NCBI GenBank assembly: GCA_963836075.1
Contig: CAWIIB010000008.1
Location: 170,093-234,092 of the forward strand
From: an uncultured Acidobacteriota bacterium
GTDB lineage: Bacteria; Acidobacteriota; JAQAZP01
Direction of reading: 5' to 3'
DNA length: 64,000 nucleotides
In this document: positions 42,485 to 52,038 of the stretch, one piece after another
Position numbering within the stretch: the first letter of the stretch is position 1
How the letters are laid out: each line of letters opens with the position of its first letter
The notes under the pieces: generated by a model
The model's input: the letters and a program-made list of their open reading frames with translations, nothing else
Database searches by the model: none
Told to the model about the DNA's origin: nothing
Made by a program: the position numbers and the translations under genes

Positions 42485-42538
42485 ACCATAAACCCCCACT
42501 TTTCACCATCTTTTACCACATCGGATTTCAGGTGTCAA
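42485..42538 (-). promoter_or_regulatory. Promoter plus four 10-bp-spaced RTGGK repeats (MraZ-binding repeats)
   Basis: Minus strand TTGACA (42538-42533) followed by GTGGT, ATGGT, GTGGG, ATGGT starting at 42519, 42509, 42499 and 42489. Confidence 0.75.
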
Positions 42539-42638
42539 GCCTTAAATCATTTTTTTCCCACCGCAGGGAATACAGGCGCAATCCCCCACCGGTTGCGGGT
42601 TCCGCGGGCTGGGCCGGGAGAGGTTGGGTGTCTGGGAA

Positions 42639-44846
42639 TCAGCGGGTGAGGGCCAGGGCGGCATCGAGGTGCGGGCCGGTGGCCCCGGCCTCCACCGCCC
42701 GTTCCAGCAGGGCCGTGCCCTGGGCTGCGTAACCGGCGCGGATGGCTGCGGCGCCGGCGGCGGCCAGCAGCCGCGGGTGGGTGGGGTGCCAGGCCAGGCC
42801 TCGCTGGAAACACTCGAAGGCTTCCGCCGGCCTGCCGCAGAGGTAGAGGGCCCGGCCGAGGAGCAGGCGCGGGTCGGCCAGGTCCGGCTCCAGGTGGACG
42901 GCCCGGCCCAGCGGACCCCGCGCGGCATCAGGGTCGCCGGTGGCCAGCAGCAGCTTGCCGGCATTCAGCTGAACCGGGGTGTCGCCGGGCCGCTGGTCAG
43001 CCGCCCGGCAGACCAGTGCGCGGAGCTCGGCCAGCCGGGAACTGTCGGGTGGCAGCAGACGGCAGATGCTGTGGGCTGCATGGCCGGCGGCGGGGTCGGC
43101 CTCCAGGGCCGCGGCATACCCCTCCAGGGCCTCCTGCCGGCGTCCCCGCTGTTCGGCCAGCACGGCCCGGGCGGTGAGTGTCCCGGCCGACCGGTCCTCC
43201 GCCGGGGCGAAGGTGTCCAGCAGGGTCTCGGCCTGATCCGGCTCTCCGGCCGCGCAGCAGATACCCACGGCAGTGGCCAGCTGGCCGTGGGCCGCCGGGT
43301 TCCAGCCCTGGTGGACTGCGGCCTGGAGCGAGTTCAAGGCGCCCGGCCGGTCACCCGCCCGGCTCTGCTGGACCGCCAGGCGAGCCAGCAGCAGGGGGTG
43401 GTCACCCAGCCGGTCCCGGGCATCCAGCAGGCGGGACAGAGCCTCATCCGGCCTGTCGGCCCACTGCAGGTAGTCGGCCAGGTGGATCACCGGCCGGGCG
43501 GCGGGCAGCGGGCCGCCGCTCTCCTCTGCCAGGTAACCGAGCAGGAGAAGCTGTTGCTGATAGCGGTCCGGGGCCGGGGCAGCCGAATCATCTCCGGCCC
43601 GGGCATTGCCGGGGAGGGGTTGTTGGCCCGCGCTTACCGGTGCGGTGGCGCCGGGCCTGCGCTTCTCCGCCAGTACCCGGCCGGGCAGCGAGTGGAACCG
43701 TTCCCCCAGCAATTGCCAGAGCAGGGTGGGTGCGATGTCCAGGACCGAGGCGTCGGCCAGTGTGCCCGGTGCGATCCAGGGTGCGTTGAACAGCACCATT
43801 CCCAGCGGGCGGTGCCAGGTTGCCGCCTGGTGCCGGAAATCGGCCGGGTCGCCTGTGGGACGGTCCTCACCGGTGAAGAACCCGTGGTCCGAAACGACCA
43901 CCACCATGGTGCCGGGGGAGACCAGGTGGCAGAGGTCGCCCACCATGGCGTCCACCAGCCGGTAGTAGCGTAAAGGGGCCTGGTGGCGCGGGTCGGTCTC
44001 GGCGGTCTGGCCGTAGAGATGGGTCACGGTGTCGGTGCCCAGGAAATAGATGGCGGTGAAGTCGGGCTGCCGGTCGCGCAACATCTCCCTGGTCATCCGG
44101 TAGTAGGTGGCTGTGGAGGCCAGGCTTTGCCGGAGCAGTTGCAGTTTCGGGTCACCGGTGCCGGGAGCCAGGTCCCCCGGGGTGCAGGGGGCGATGGCGC
44201 CCACCGCCGCGGCGTCCAGCTCTTCGGGGGTGACCAGGCAGGGCTCCAGCCGGGCAGCCAGCTCCGCCGGGTGGTAGAGGGTGTCCCGGGGGGCAGCTCC
44301 GGCGCCCTCCACCGGACCGGGAAAGGCGAACTGGACCTGGTCGGTGACCACCCGGCCGTTGAGCGTGTGGTCGGCCGGCCAGCTGGCCCACCAGGCGGTG
44401 ACCGCCACTTCCAGACCGCGGGCGGAGAGGATCTCCCACAGCGTGGGAACGAGGAGTGCATGTCGGCTCACCGGCCGCAGGCCGCCTTCCCCGTCCACGT
44501 CGGCGAAGAAATCGGTGACCCCGTGTAGGTCCGGAGTCAGTCCGGTGGCGATGCTGGTCCAGACCAGGGGCGAGATGATCGGCCGCACGGTTCGCAGGTC
44601 CCCGCGAAGCCCGTTTCCGGACAGGCGAGCCAGGTTGGGCAGTTCCCCCTGGCCGATCCAGCGGTCCAGCATGACCCAGTCCGCTGCATCGAGGCCGATG
44701 AGCAGCGCCCTGGGGGCCTGGTCTTCATCGGGGGCCGGGTGCCGGCCCTCACCGGAGAACAGTCCCAGGACCGGGAGCAGCAGCAGGGCGGCCACCAGCA
44801 GGGCGACCAGGGCGGCAATGGGGGATGGGCCGTTGTGCCGGTTCAT
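42639..44846 (-). CDS. Alkaline phosphatase superfamily (phosphodiesterase-like) protein with C-terminal TPRs
   Basis: N-terminal TM; LIGLDAADW, ISPLVWTSIATG, D...H, VSDHGF, DIAPTLL, LGYL, then TPR-like helices; start set at MNRHNGPS. Confidence 0.88.
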   Translation of the reverse strand: MNRHNGPSPIAALVALLVAALLLLPVLGLFSGEGRHPAPDEDQAPRALLIGLDAADWVMLDRWIGQGELPNLARLSGNGLRGDLRTVRPIISPLVWTSIATGLTPDLHGVTDFFADVDGEGGLRPVSRHALLVPTLWEILSARGLEVAVTAWWASWPADHTLNGRVVTDQVQFAFPGPVEGAGAAPRDTLYHPAELAARLEPCLVTPEELDAAAVGAIAPCTPGDLAPGTGDPKLQLLRQSLASTATYYRMTREMLRDRQPDFTAIYFLGTDTVTHLYGQTAETDPRHQAPLRYYRLVDAMVGDLCHLVSPGTMVVVVSDHGFFTGEDRPTGDPADFRHQAATWHRPLGMVLFNAPWIAPGTLADASVLDIAPTLLWQLLGERFHSLPGRVLAEKRRPGATAPVSAGQQPLPGNARAGDDSAAPAPDRYQQQLLLLGYLAEESGGPLPAARPVIHLADYLQWADRPDEALSRLLDARDRLGDHPLLLARLAVQQSRAGDRPGALNSLQAAVHQGWNPAAHGQLATAVGICCAAGEPDQAETLLDTFAPAEDRSAGTLTARAVLAEQRGRRQEALEGYAAALEADPAAGHAAHSICRLLPPDSSRLAELRALVCRAADQRPGDTPVQLNAGKLLLATGDPDAARGPLGRAVHLEPDLADPRLLLGRALYLCGRPAEAFECFQRGLAWHPTHPRLLAAAGAAAIRAGYAAQGTALLERAVEAGATGPHLDAALALTR

Positions 44847-45330
44847 GGTTTCCTCGCGTAGAGATACACGAGTATTGTCCCGCAGCCAGACTGATCGTTC
44901 AAGTGAGAATGGGGTACGGTGGATCGACGGGAAGGAAAAGAAAAAAAGGCAGGGGAATAATTTTTTGTCAAGGGGGTTGGTTGAAGCAGGTTTTGATCCC
45001 CGGTAAACCGGGAACCAAAGTTTCCTTGGGTAGCAGAAACTGTCTCTCAAGGTTGCAGGAACAAAAAACGACCCCCCTGCCTGTTATACACCTTGTCGTG
45101 CTTCCGGCGTTCCTTTCCCGGGCAATCAACTGATAATTGATTTCCCGTGCCTGGCAAAACCGGGGAACCTGGACCGCCCTCAAAGGACGGCGTGAAGATC
45201 CCGCCCGGTGGCACCGCCGGGCCTCTGTCGGCCCAACATATGTAAATTCATTCAGTTATGTGTTAGATCTATAGCCGTATCGTGTTAAGTCCAGTCGGTT
45301 TTCCGCTGGTTTGTTTTTGATTTCGATATA

Positions 45331-45359
45331 AATATAAACTATCAGTTGATTCCTGTCAA
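45331..45359 (-). promoter_or_regulatory. Sigma70 promoter (minus strand)
   Basis: TTGACA-17-TATATT; the spacer contains AATCAACTGATA, which recurs in opposite orientation at 45124-45135. Confidence 0.65.
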
Positions 45360-45660
45360 GGCTTTTTACTCCTTTATTCCATCACCATGGGGAGTGATTC
45401 ATCCGGGCCGGGTCACCGGATCCGAACCGCTGACCCGTTGTGCCGAACTCCTGTCCGGGCCTGGCTCCGGCGTCCCGGGCGGAGGCGGCCCAGAATTGGT
45501 TTCATGGACTATCCCATTTTTTTGCAAGGGGTTGTCACCGGGGACGGTGGCCACTCCGCCCACCGGCAATACCGGCAACTGCCGGGGCTCAGGGTAGCGG
45601 GAGCAATGGTATTCACCGATCACGGGGGAGGACGGTAAACAGTAATAAACAGGAAATTTA

Positions 45661-45689
45661 TTGACAAAGAGAGTGCAATCTTTTAAATT
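45661..45689 (+). promoter_or_regulatory. Sigma70 promoter of the twin-HTH gene
   Basis: TTGACA-17-TAAATT followed by GGAGG and ATG 45718. Confidence 0.65.
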
Positions 45690-45717
45690 TAGACATTATG
45701 GAGGATTGACTGCCGGG

Positions 45718-46689
45718 ATGAACTCATTCGCCCTGAAAATCACCAAGAACCGCAAGAAGCTCGGATATACTAAAAAGACCGTTGCCAACCTCGTTCAGTG
45801 TAGCGAAACCTACATCGGTAACATCGAGAACAAGGGTGTGGTTCCCGAGGACGAGATCGTCATCCGGCTGGCCAATGCCCTGAATCTGAACGAGCGGGAC
45901 CTGCTCCTGCTGGCACACAAGGTCAAGGCTCCCCGGGGGGCCAAGCAGTATTTCGAGGCGCCGCGGGCCACCTACCCCCAGGTACGGCGGTTTCTGCTCG
46001 ACTGTTGCGGGAACCGGGAGACCATGGCCGAGGAGTTTTCCGGGTCGCCATTCTCCACCATCGAGAAGTTCATTGCCCGCAACATCCTCTATGACCCGTT
46101 GCAACTCTACTCCCGGGTTCGTGAGGAATCCTCCCTGCGGGTGGAAACTCTGGAATACCTTTACGAACTGCTGATTTCCGGGCCGCAGGTCTTCGCCGAT
46201 TATCTCTCGGTATACGAACGCGAACTCACCTCCGGCCGCGGCAACTCGAAGCGGTTCAATGCCAGCATGCAGGACCTGGTCCAGGTCTGGACGTTTGATG
46301 CCGAGGAGTTTCGTCTCAGCGTCCTTTCGGATCATGAATTTGTCCGGCGCGACCTCTCCTTCGCCCGGGAGACCCTGGGGCAGTACATCGAGTATCACCG
46401 CCAGCAGTGCGGTATGAGTATCGAGGATGTGGCGCGGCGGGCGCAGATCGTTCCGGGCGCTCTGGAGCGGATTGAGAAGGACGATTACCCGCTGGAGCTG
46501 AAACTGGAGACCATCGGCCACATTCTGCTGGCCATCGGGATCGGGCAGGCGGCCCGGACGGATGAAAAATACTCGACAACCGATTACCGGTTGCTGGATA
46601 CGTACAAGCGGCTCTCCTCTTCAAGCAGGAAAGAAATCGACAGCTTTATGAGCTACAAGCTTTCCGAAGAGGATCTGGCCGATCTATAA
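45718..46689 (+). CDS. XRE-family regulator with two HTH domains
   Basis: N-terminal HTH (RKKLGYT...VA....CS..YI..IEN....P) and C-terminal HTH (LGQYI...RQQCGMSIEDVARRA.I....L.RIE) around an unrecognised middle region. Confidence 0.85.
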   Translation: MNSFALKITKNRKKLGYTKKTVANLVQCSETYIGNIENKGVVPEDEIVIRLANALNLNERDLLLLAHKVKAPRGAKQYFEAPRATYPQVRRFLLDCCGNRETMAEEFSGSPFSTIEKFIARNILYDPLQLYSRVREESSLRVETLEYLYELLISGPQVFADYLSVYERELTSGRGNSKRFNASMQDLVQVWTFDAEEFRLSVLSDHEFVRRDLSFARETLGQYIEYHRQQCGMSIEDVARRAQIVPGALERIEKDDYPLELKLETIGHILLAIGIGQAARTDEKYSTTDYRLLDTYKRLSSSSRKEIDSFMSYKLSEEDLADL

Positions 46690-46894
46690 TGATAGTGATG
46701 GGGTAGGAGATCGTGGCCGCCCACCCGCTGGCGGCTGCCGTACAATAATAGAAACGACTGAACAGAAACGACAGGTTCAAACACTATTTGTTGAAGCAGG
46801 GTGTTGATCCAGAGGCTCCCGACCGCACGACAGCGATCCCACGGCACACCACAGCCCGCTGTTTATTGACGCAGGAGCGAGGAGGTTAGGAACA

Positions 46895-47770
46895 ATGAGC
46901 AGCAGGGTAGCAGCAACAGGGCCCCCGAATGAAATCGCCGCACTGCGGCAGACAGGTATCGACCTGTGCACCAAGGGGTTTTACCAGAAGGCCCTGAGCG
47001 CATTCCAGAAGGCGCTCTTTCTCGCCGCGGAGCCGGCGGCCAACTCCGAGATCTACTGTGACATCGGTGTTGTCTACCGCTATCTCAACCGGCTGGAGAT
47101 GGCCGACGACATATTCCAGTTCATTCTGGATAACGACCCACCGGCCAGGATCCGGGTCATCGCGCACATCGAGCAGGCCATCGTCAATCTACGCCAGTTG
47201 GACCATCGCTCGGCCCTGGAGAAAATCGCCCTGGCCGACAAGCACTACGTGGAAGACGTGGTGTTGCAGACGCACCTCAATTCCACTTACGGCCGCGTCT
47301 ATTTCCTGCTGTCGGACTACGAGAACGCGCTGTCCAAGTACAACAAGGCCCTGTCGATCATCCAGACGCACAACGGCGCTTCAGCGATTCCCATCATTCT
47401 CAACAACATCGGCGATTGCTACGTCCAGATGGGCGACTATCCGCGCGGGGAGGAGTTCAACCTCAAGGCGCTGAAGATCGCCAAGGAACGCAAGAACAAC
47501 CGCTGTATCTCCGAGTGTCTCCTCTCACGAATGGATGCGGCCATTCTCCAGGACCAGCACGAGCAGGCCAAGCTCTTTGGCAAGCAGTCCCTGTCCATTG
47601 CCCGCTCGTTCAAATTCGGCGACATCATTGGCGAGGTGGAATACCGGCTGGCCAACATCTACCGGGAAGAGGGGAAGGAGAACATCTCGAATTTCTTCCT
47701 TAACCGCGTGCTGCAATCGCACCGCAACCTCAATTCGGAAGTGCTCAACATCCTGGCAAAAACCGGTTGA
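46895..47770 (+). CDS. Cytoplasmic tetratricopeptide repeat protein
   Basis: Repeated TPR-like units (G.YQKAL..FQKAL; G.VY....DYENAL..YNKAL; NNIG.CY...GDY); no signal peptide. Confidence 0.85.
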   Translation: MSSRVAATGPPNEIAALRQTGIDLCTKGFYQKALSAFQKALFLAAEPAANSEIYCDIGVVYRYLNRLEMADDIFQFILDNDPPARIRVIAHIEQAIVNLRQLDHRSALEKIALADKHYVEDVVLQTHLNSTYGRVYFLLSDYENALSKYNKALSIIQTHNGASAIPIILNNIGDCYVQMGDYPRGEEFNLKALKIAKERKNNRCISECLLSRMDAAILQDQHEQAKLFGKQSLSIARSFKFGDIIGEVEYRLANIYREEGKENISNFFLNRVLQSHRNLNSEVLNILAKTG

Positions 47771-47851
47771 TCGGTCTGGTTCCTCAATCCCGGGGGGGCT
47801 CCCGGGTGCCGGGTTTCTGACGGCGAGTGTGAAAAGGATTCGGAGAATATT

Positions 47852-48580
47852 ATGAAGAATATCATCAAGAACAGAGCGGGCCGGTTCCTGTTCCTGCTGT
47901 TCCTGCTCCTGCCGCTGACGGCGCAGGCCAATACCGTGTCCGAGGGCAAGGACGGCCTCACCTGGACCTTTTCCTCTGTGGTCCGGATGACCTCGGACGG
48001 CGTGCGCTACGATATCTATTACGAGAACGACTACCAGCAGGGAATGATCACCCGCGACCAGGAGATGGACGTCGAGCCCTTTGGTCAGCTCGACGAGAAC
48101 GGCCTGCCCTGGGTCATCTGGTCCCGGCAGAAGGTCGATGGCGACTTCTACCTGTTCATGAGTTACTTCAACGGGGCCCAGTGGTCCGATCCCGAGGAAC
48201 TCCCCAGTTTCGCCGAACGGGTGAGCGACCGGGAATGCCACTTCCGTCTGGGCGTGGCCGGCCGCATTTACATCTCCTTCATCCGCCATTCGGAAGTGGA
48301 TGAGAAAGTGATGTTCGGCATCTACAAGACCTGGTCCGGCGGCTGGACCGAAGTGGGCCCGGTGGTCACCCTCGGGGAAGGGCACGTGGCCAAACAGCCG
48401 AACCTCTTCCCGATATATGACGAAGTGGGCCTGGCGCAGTTTCTGCTCGGGTTTATCCACGTCCATCCCGAGGGTGAGGGTGAAGCTCCTCCGGATGGTG
48501 ACGGACTCTGGGAGACCATCGATCAATACCTCAGGGTATTCAATTCGGGAGATACGAGCCCCTGGTTCCAGGTCCAGTGA
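47852..48580 (+). CDS. Secreted hypothetical protein
   Basis: Signal peptide MKNIIKNRAGRFLFLLFLLLPLTAQA; beta-rich repeats (PWVIWS...FNGAQWSDP). Confidence 0.75.
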   Translation: MKNIIKNRAGRFLFLLFLLLPLTAQANTVSEGKDGLTWTFSSVVRMTSDGVRYDIYYENDYQQGMITRDQEMDVEPFGQLDENGLPWVIWSRQKVDGDFYLFMSYFNGAQWSDPEELPSFAERVSDRECHFRLGVAGRIYISFIRHSEVDEKVMFGIYKTWSGGWTEVGPVVTLGEGHVAKQPNLFPIYDEVGLAQFLLGFIHVHPEGEGEAPPDGDGLWETIDQYLRVFNSGDTSPWFQVQ

Positions 48581-48595
48581 GCCGGCGGGGTTCCC

Positions 48596-49468
48596 GTGGT
48601 GCACCTGCTGAACAATCGTAAAAAGCCTTCCCGCCCCCGGCCCGGTGCGGGAGGGTTTTTTTTTACCTCCTTCTGCCGCCTCCTCATCCTGCTGCTGCTG
48701 TCGGAACTGGTCGGCTGCGGCCCGATCCCCGCTCCACCGGTGCGCGGCACTTCCCGGACCGGGAGGAGCACGGCTTCCCCGCCGCCGGCCGTGGAGCAGC
48801 CGGAACCGGCTCCGGACACCGCCGCCCCGCCGCCGTCACAGCCGTCTCCGCCGGCAGCAGCACCCCCAGCGAGGCCCGACATCGACATCCCCGGTGTCTT
48901 TCACGTGGTGCAGCCGGGGCAGACTGTTTGGCGGATCGCCAAAACCTACGGCATTTCCCTCGAACTGCTGGCCGGAATCAATGAACTGGATGACCCCACC
49001 GTCATCGAGACCGGACAACGCCTGTTCATTCCCGGCGCTGAAAAATTGTTGGAGGTCGCCGTCTACCAACCGGAGGACCGGTCCACCGGGGAGCGGACCG
49101 GCGACATTTCCCTGCAGTGGCCCCTCACCGGGACCATCACCTCCCGTTTCGGCGGCCGGCGCCGGCACACGGGCCTCGACATCGCCGCCCCCCGCAATAC
49201 GCCGGTGCTCGCCGCCGCTGACGGCGAGGTGACGTATAGCGGCAACGGTCTGCGCGGCTATGGCAACCTGGTGGTGATCGACCACGGCAAGGGGGTGGTC
49301 ACGCTTTACGCCCACAATAACCGGAACCTGGTGCGCAAGGGGGAGCGGGTCAGGCGCGGGGAGAAGATCGCCCGGGTCGGGTCCACCGGCCACTCCACCG
49401 GCCCGCACGTGCATTTCGAAGTGCAGATCGACGGCCAACGGGTGGATCCCCAGCGCTACCTCGATTGA
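48596..49468 (+). CDS. LysM/M23 peptidase lipoprotein (NlpD-like)
   Basis: Lipobox LVGC; Pro-rich linker; LysM (HVVQPGQT.WRIA..YG); M23 HTGLD, YAHN, TGPHVHFE. Confidence 0.9.
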   Translation: MVHLLNNRKKPSRPRPGAGGFFFTSFCRLLILLLLSELVGCGPIPAPPVRGTSRTGRSTASPPPAVEQPEPAPDTAAPPPSQPSPPAAAPPARPDIDIPGVFHVVQPGQTVWRIAKTYGISLELLAGINELDDPTVIETGQRLFIPGAEKLLEVAVYQPEDRSTGERTGDISLQWPLTGTITSRFGGRRRHTGLDIAAPRNTPVLAAADGEVTYSGNGLRGYGNLVVIDHGKGVVTLYAHNNRNLVRKGERVRRGEKIARVGSTGHSTGPHVHFEVQIDGQRVDPQRYLD

Positions 49469-49487
49469 TTAAAGCAACAGGAAAAGA

Positions 49488-49561
49488 GGTGACATTCACC
49501 TATTATCCGGCTGGAAACACGCCAGATTCTCCCTCAGAGACGAAGTGACAGTCACCTATTT
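49488..49561. repeat. Two copies of a short palindromic REP-like motif
   Basis: GTGACATTCACCTATT (49489-49504) and GTGACAGTCACCTATT (49545-49560) between convergent genes. Confidence 0.55.
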
Positions 49562-49597
49562 CCAGAAGCAACCACCCGCCCCTGATCTTGTCGGATC

Positions 49598-52027
49598 TCA
49601 CCCCCGGATGGCCCAACCGGCATTGGCCACCGCCCGCAGAATGGCTTCGTGGAGTTTGGCGGCCTGTTTCTGGTCGAGGGTTTTCTTGTCCGAGCGGCAG
49701 AGGATGCTGAAAGAGAGGCTCTTCATCCCCTCGTCCAGTTGTGCGCCGCGGTAGGTATCGGTCAGCTTCACCTCCCGGATCAGCTTGGGGTTGGCCTCGC
49801 AGATCGCCTGCTCCACTGCCCGCACTTCGGTGTGCAGCGGCACCACCACGCTGAGGTCGAACCCGACCCCGGGGTAGCGGGGCAGTGCGGTGTAGGCCGG
49901 TTCTTCCCGCCGGGCCTCCAGCAGGGTGTCCAGGTCGAGGTCGAACAGGCCGGCGGCCCCGCGCAGACCCAGTGCCCGGGCGGCCGCCGGACGGATCTCG
50001 CCGAAGGTGCCGAGCAGGGTGCCGTCCTGGATCCACCGGGCGTGGTGCCCGGGGTGCACCCAGGGCGGCGGATCGTCATCGTCCAGCCGGGCCGGGTCCG
50101 GGCGGTCCAGGCGGAGCCGCTCAGCCAGGTCCTCGATCACCCCCTTGACCCGCAGGAATGCCTCCTCGTCGTTCCCGTCGCAGCCGGTGCCGTACACCAC
50201 ACCGCAGAGGCGGCGGTTTTCCCGGGGCAGGTGCCCCCCGGCCCCGTCGTCCAGTCCGGGCGATTCGGGGAGATGGACCCGGCCCACTTCGTACAGGGCA
50301 AAGTCAGAGCAGGTGTTGACGTTCCGGGCCACCGCCTGCAGCAGTCCGGGAACCAGGCTGCGGCGCAGGCTGGTCTCCTCGCTGGACAACGGGTTGGCCA
50401 GCTCCAGGTGTCCCTCCAGGGGCAGCCCCAGGGTGGCAGCCGTGTCCCGGCGGGTGAAGGAATAGCCGTAGACCTCTGTGAAGCCCAGCTCCAGGGAGAG
50501 GATGTCCCGCAGTTCGTTCTCCAGGTCCTTTTCCGGGGGCGTGGTGGGCGGCAGCATGCTCACTTCGGGCACGGCCGGGGGGATGTTGTCGTAGCCGAAG
50601 ATGCGGCCCACCTCCTCCACCAGGTCCTCAGGGATGCTGATGTCCTTGGTGGCCCGGAAGGTGGGGACCTCCACGTCCCAGCCCCCGTCCGATGCGGTGA
50701 GGCCGAAGGAGAGGCTGGTGAGAATCGCCTGGGCCCGTTCGGCCGGCAGGTCGAGGCCCAGACGGCGGGTGACGAAGCCGTGGTCGAGATGGATGCTCAC
50801 CGTTTTCCGCTGGTGGTGGTCCTCGTCGTAGAGCGGGGAAACCTGCCGGGCGCCGGGGATCAGCTGCCGGGCCAGCTGGAGGAAACGTCGGGCCGCCACC
50901 GGCGGCAGCTCGGGGTCGAGGCTTTTTTCGAAGCGCATCACCGCCTCGGTGCGAAACCCCAGGGCCGCTGAGGTGCGCCGGACGCTGATCGGGTGGAAGT
51001 TGGCCGACTCCAATACCATGGATGCGGTGATGCCGGTGACCTCGCTATTGGCCCCGCCCATCACACCGGCGATGGCGATCGGTTTCTCGCGGTCGGCGAT
51101 GACCAGCATCTCTTCGGTCAGGGTCCGCTCCACGTCGTCGAGGGTGACGATTTTCTCTCCGGCTTTCGCACGGCGGATCAGGATCGTGGACCCGCCCACC
51201 AGAGTCAGGTCAAAGGCGTGGAGCGGGTTGCCCAGCTCGAGCATCACGTAGTTGGTGATGTCCACCACGTTGTTCAGCGCCCGCACGCCCACCGCTTCCA
51301 GCCGCCGGGCCATCCAGGCCGGTGAGGGGCCGATGGCCAGACCATCCAGCACCGCGGCGCAGTACCGGGGGCAGAGGTCCGGGTCGAGGGTCTTTACCTC
51401 AAGGGAGGTGGTTTCCAATTCGGGCCGGGAGAGGGCGGAGTCGTTCCCGGGCATGGCGGCCAGCTCGCGACCGGTGATGGCGGCCACCTCCCGGGCGATG
51501 CCGTAGTGCGACCAGAGGTCCGGCCGGTGGGTCAGCGATTTGTTGTCGATCTCCAGCACGTGGTCCAGCAGGCCCAGGGCCCGGGGAAGCTCCACCCCGG
51601 GTTCGGTTCCCTCCTCGAGAACCATGATCCCGTCTCCGCCGGGGCCGAGGCCCAGCTCCCGTTCGGAGCAGATCATGCCCACGCTTTTTTCCCCGCGGAT
51701 CTTGCCCTTCTTGATCTTCGTCCCGTCGGGCAGGTGACCGCCGGCCCGGGCCAGCGGCACGGTCTGTCCCTCGGCCAGGTTCGGGGCGCCGCAGACCACC
51801 CGCTTCTCGGTCTCGCCGTCAAAGACGTCGGCCAGTACCAGCTTTTCTGCGTTGGGGTGCGGAATGACCCGCAGAACTTTCGCGGTGACCACGCCGTCCA
51901 TGCCGCCGCCCACCTGCTCAATGCCCTCAACCTCGGCAGTGGACATGGTGAGCCGGTCAGCCAGTTCCGCCGGGTCGATACCGCTGAGGTCAACGTATTC
52001 GGCGAGCCAGTCGAGGGATATTTTCAT
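49598..52027 (-). CDS. pheT: Phenylalanine--tRNA ligase beta subunit
   Basis: [60 protein letters not shown]-terminal FDX-ACB. Confidence 0.98.
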   Translation of the reverse strand: MKISLDWLAEYVDLSGIDPAELADRLTMSTAEVEGIEQVGGGMDGVVTAKVLRVIPHPNAEKLVLADVFDGETEKRVVCGAPNLAEGQTVPLARAGGHLPDGTKIKKGKIRGEKSVGMICSERELGLGPGGDGIMVLEEGTEPGVELPRALGLLDHVLEIDNKSLTHRPDLWSHYGIAREVAAITGRELAAMPGNDSALSRPELETTSLEVKTLDPDLCPRYCAAVLDGLAIGPSPAWMARRLEAVGVRALNNVVDITNYVMLELGNPLHAFDLTLVGGSTILIRRAKAGEKIVTLDDVERTLTEEMLVIADREKPIAIAGVMGGANSEVTGITASMVLESANFHPISVRRTSAALGFRTEAVMRFEKSLDPELPPVAARRFLQLARQLIPGARQVSPLYDEDHHQRKTVSIHLDHGFVTRRLGLDLPAERAQAILTSLSFGLTASDGGWDVEVPTFRATKDISIPEDLVEEVGRIFGYDNIPPAVPEVSMLPPTTPPEKDLENELRDILSLELGFTEVYGYSFTRRDTAATLGLPLEGHLELANPLSSEETSLRRSLVPGLLQAVARNVNTCSDFALYEVGRVHLPESPGLDDGAGGHLPRENRRLCGVVYGTGCDGNDEEAFLRVKGVIEDLAERLRLDRPDPARLDDDDPPPWVHPGHHARWIQDGTLLGTFGEIRPAAARALGLRGAAGLFDLDLDTLLEARREEPAYTALPRYPGVGFDLSVVVPLHTEVRAVEQAICEANPKLIREVKLTDTYRGAQLDEGMKSLSFSILCRSDKKTLDQKQAAKLHEAILRAVANAGWAIRG

Positions 52028-52038
52028 CGCCGTTCACC

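Noticed and set aside
45346-45664. Short ORFs in the intergenic region as genes or propeptides
   Set aside because: Overlapping candidates in several frames, with no RBS, signal peptide or motif.
48620-48665. Terminator-like hairpin with T-run after the secreted protein gene
   Set aside because: It is plausible but overlaps the apparent N-terminal coding region of the M23 lipoprotein, so I cannot resolve it and did not list it as a feature.
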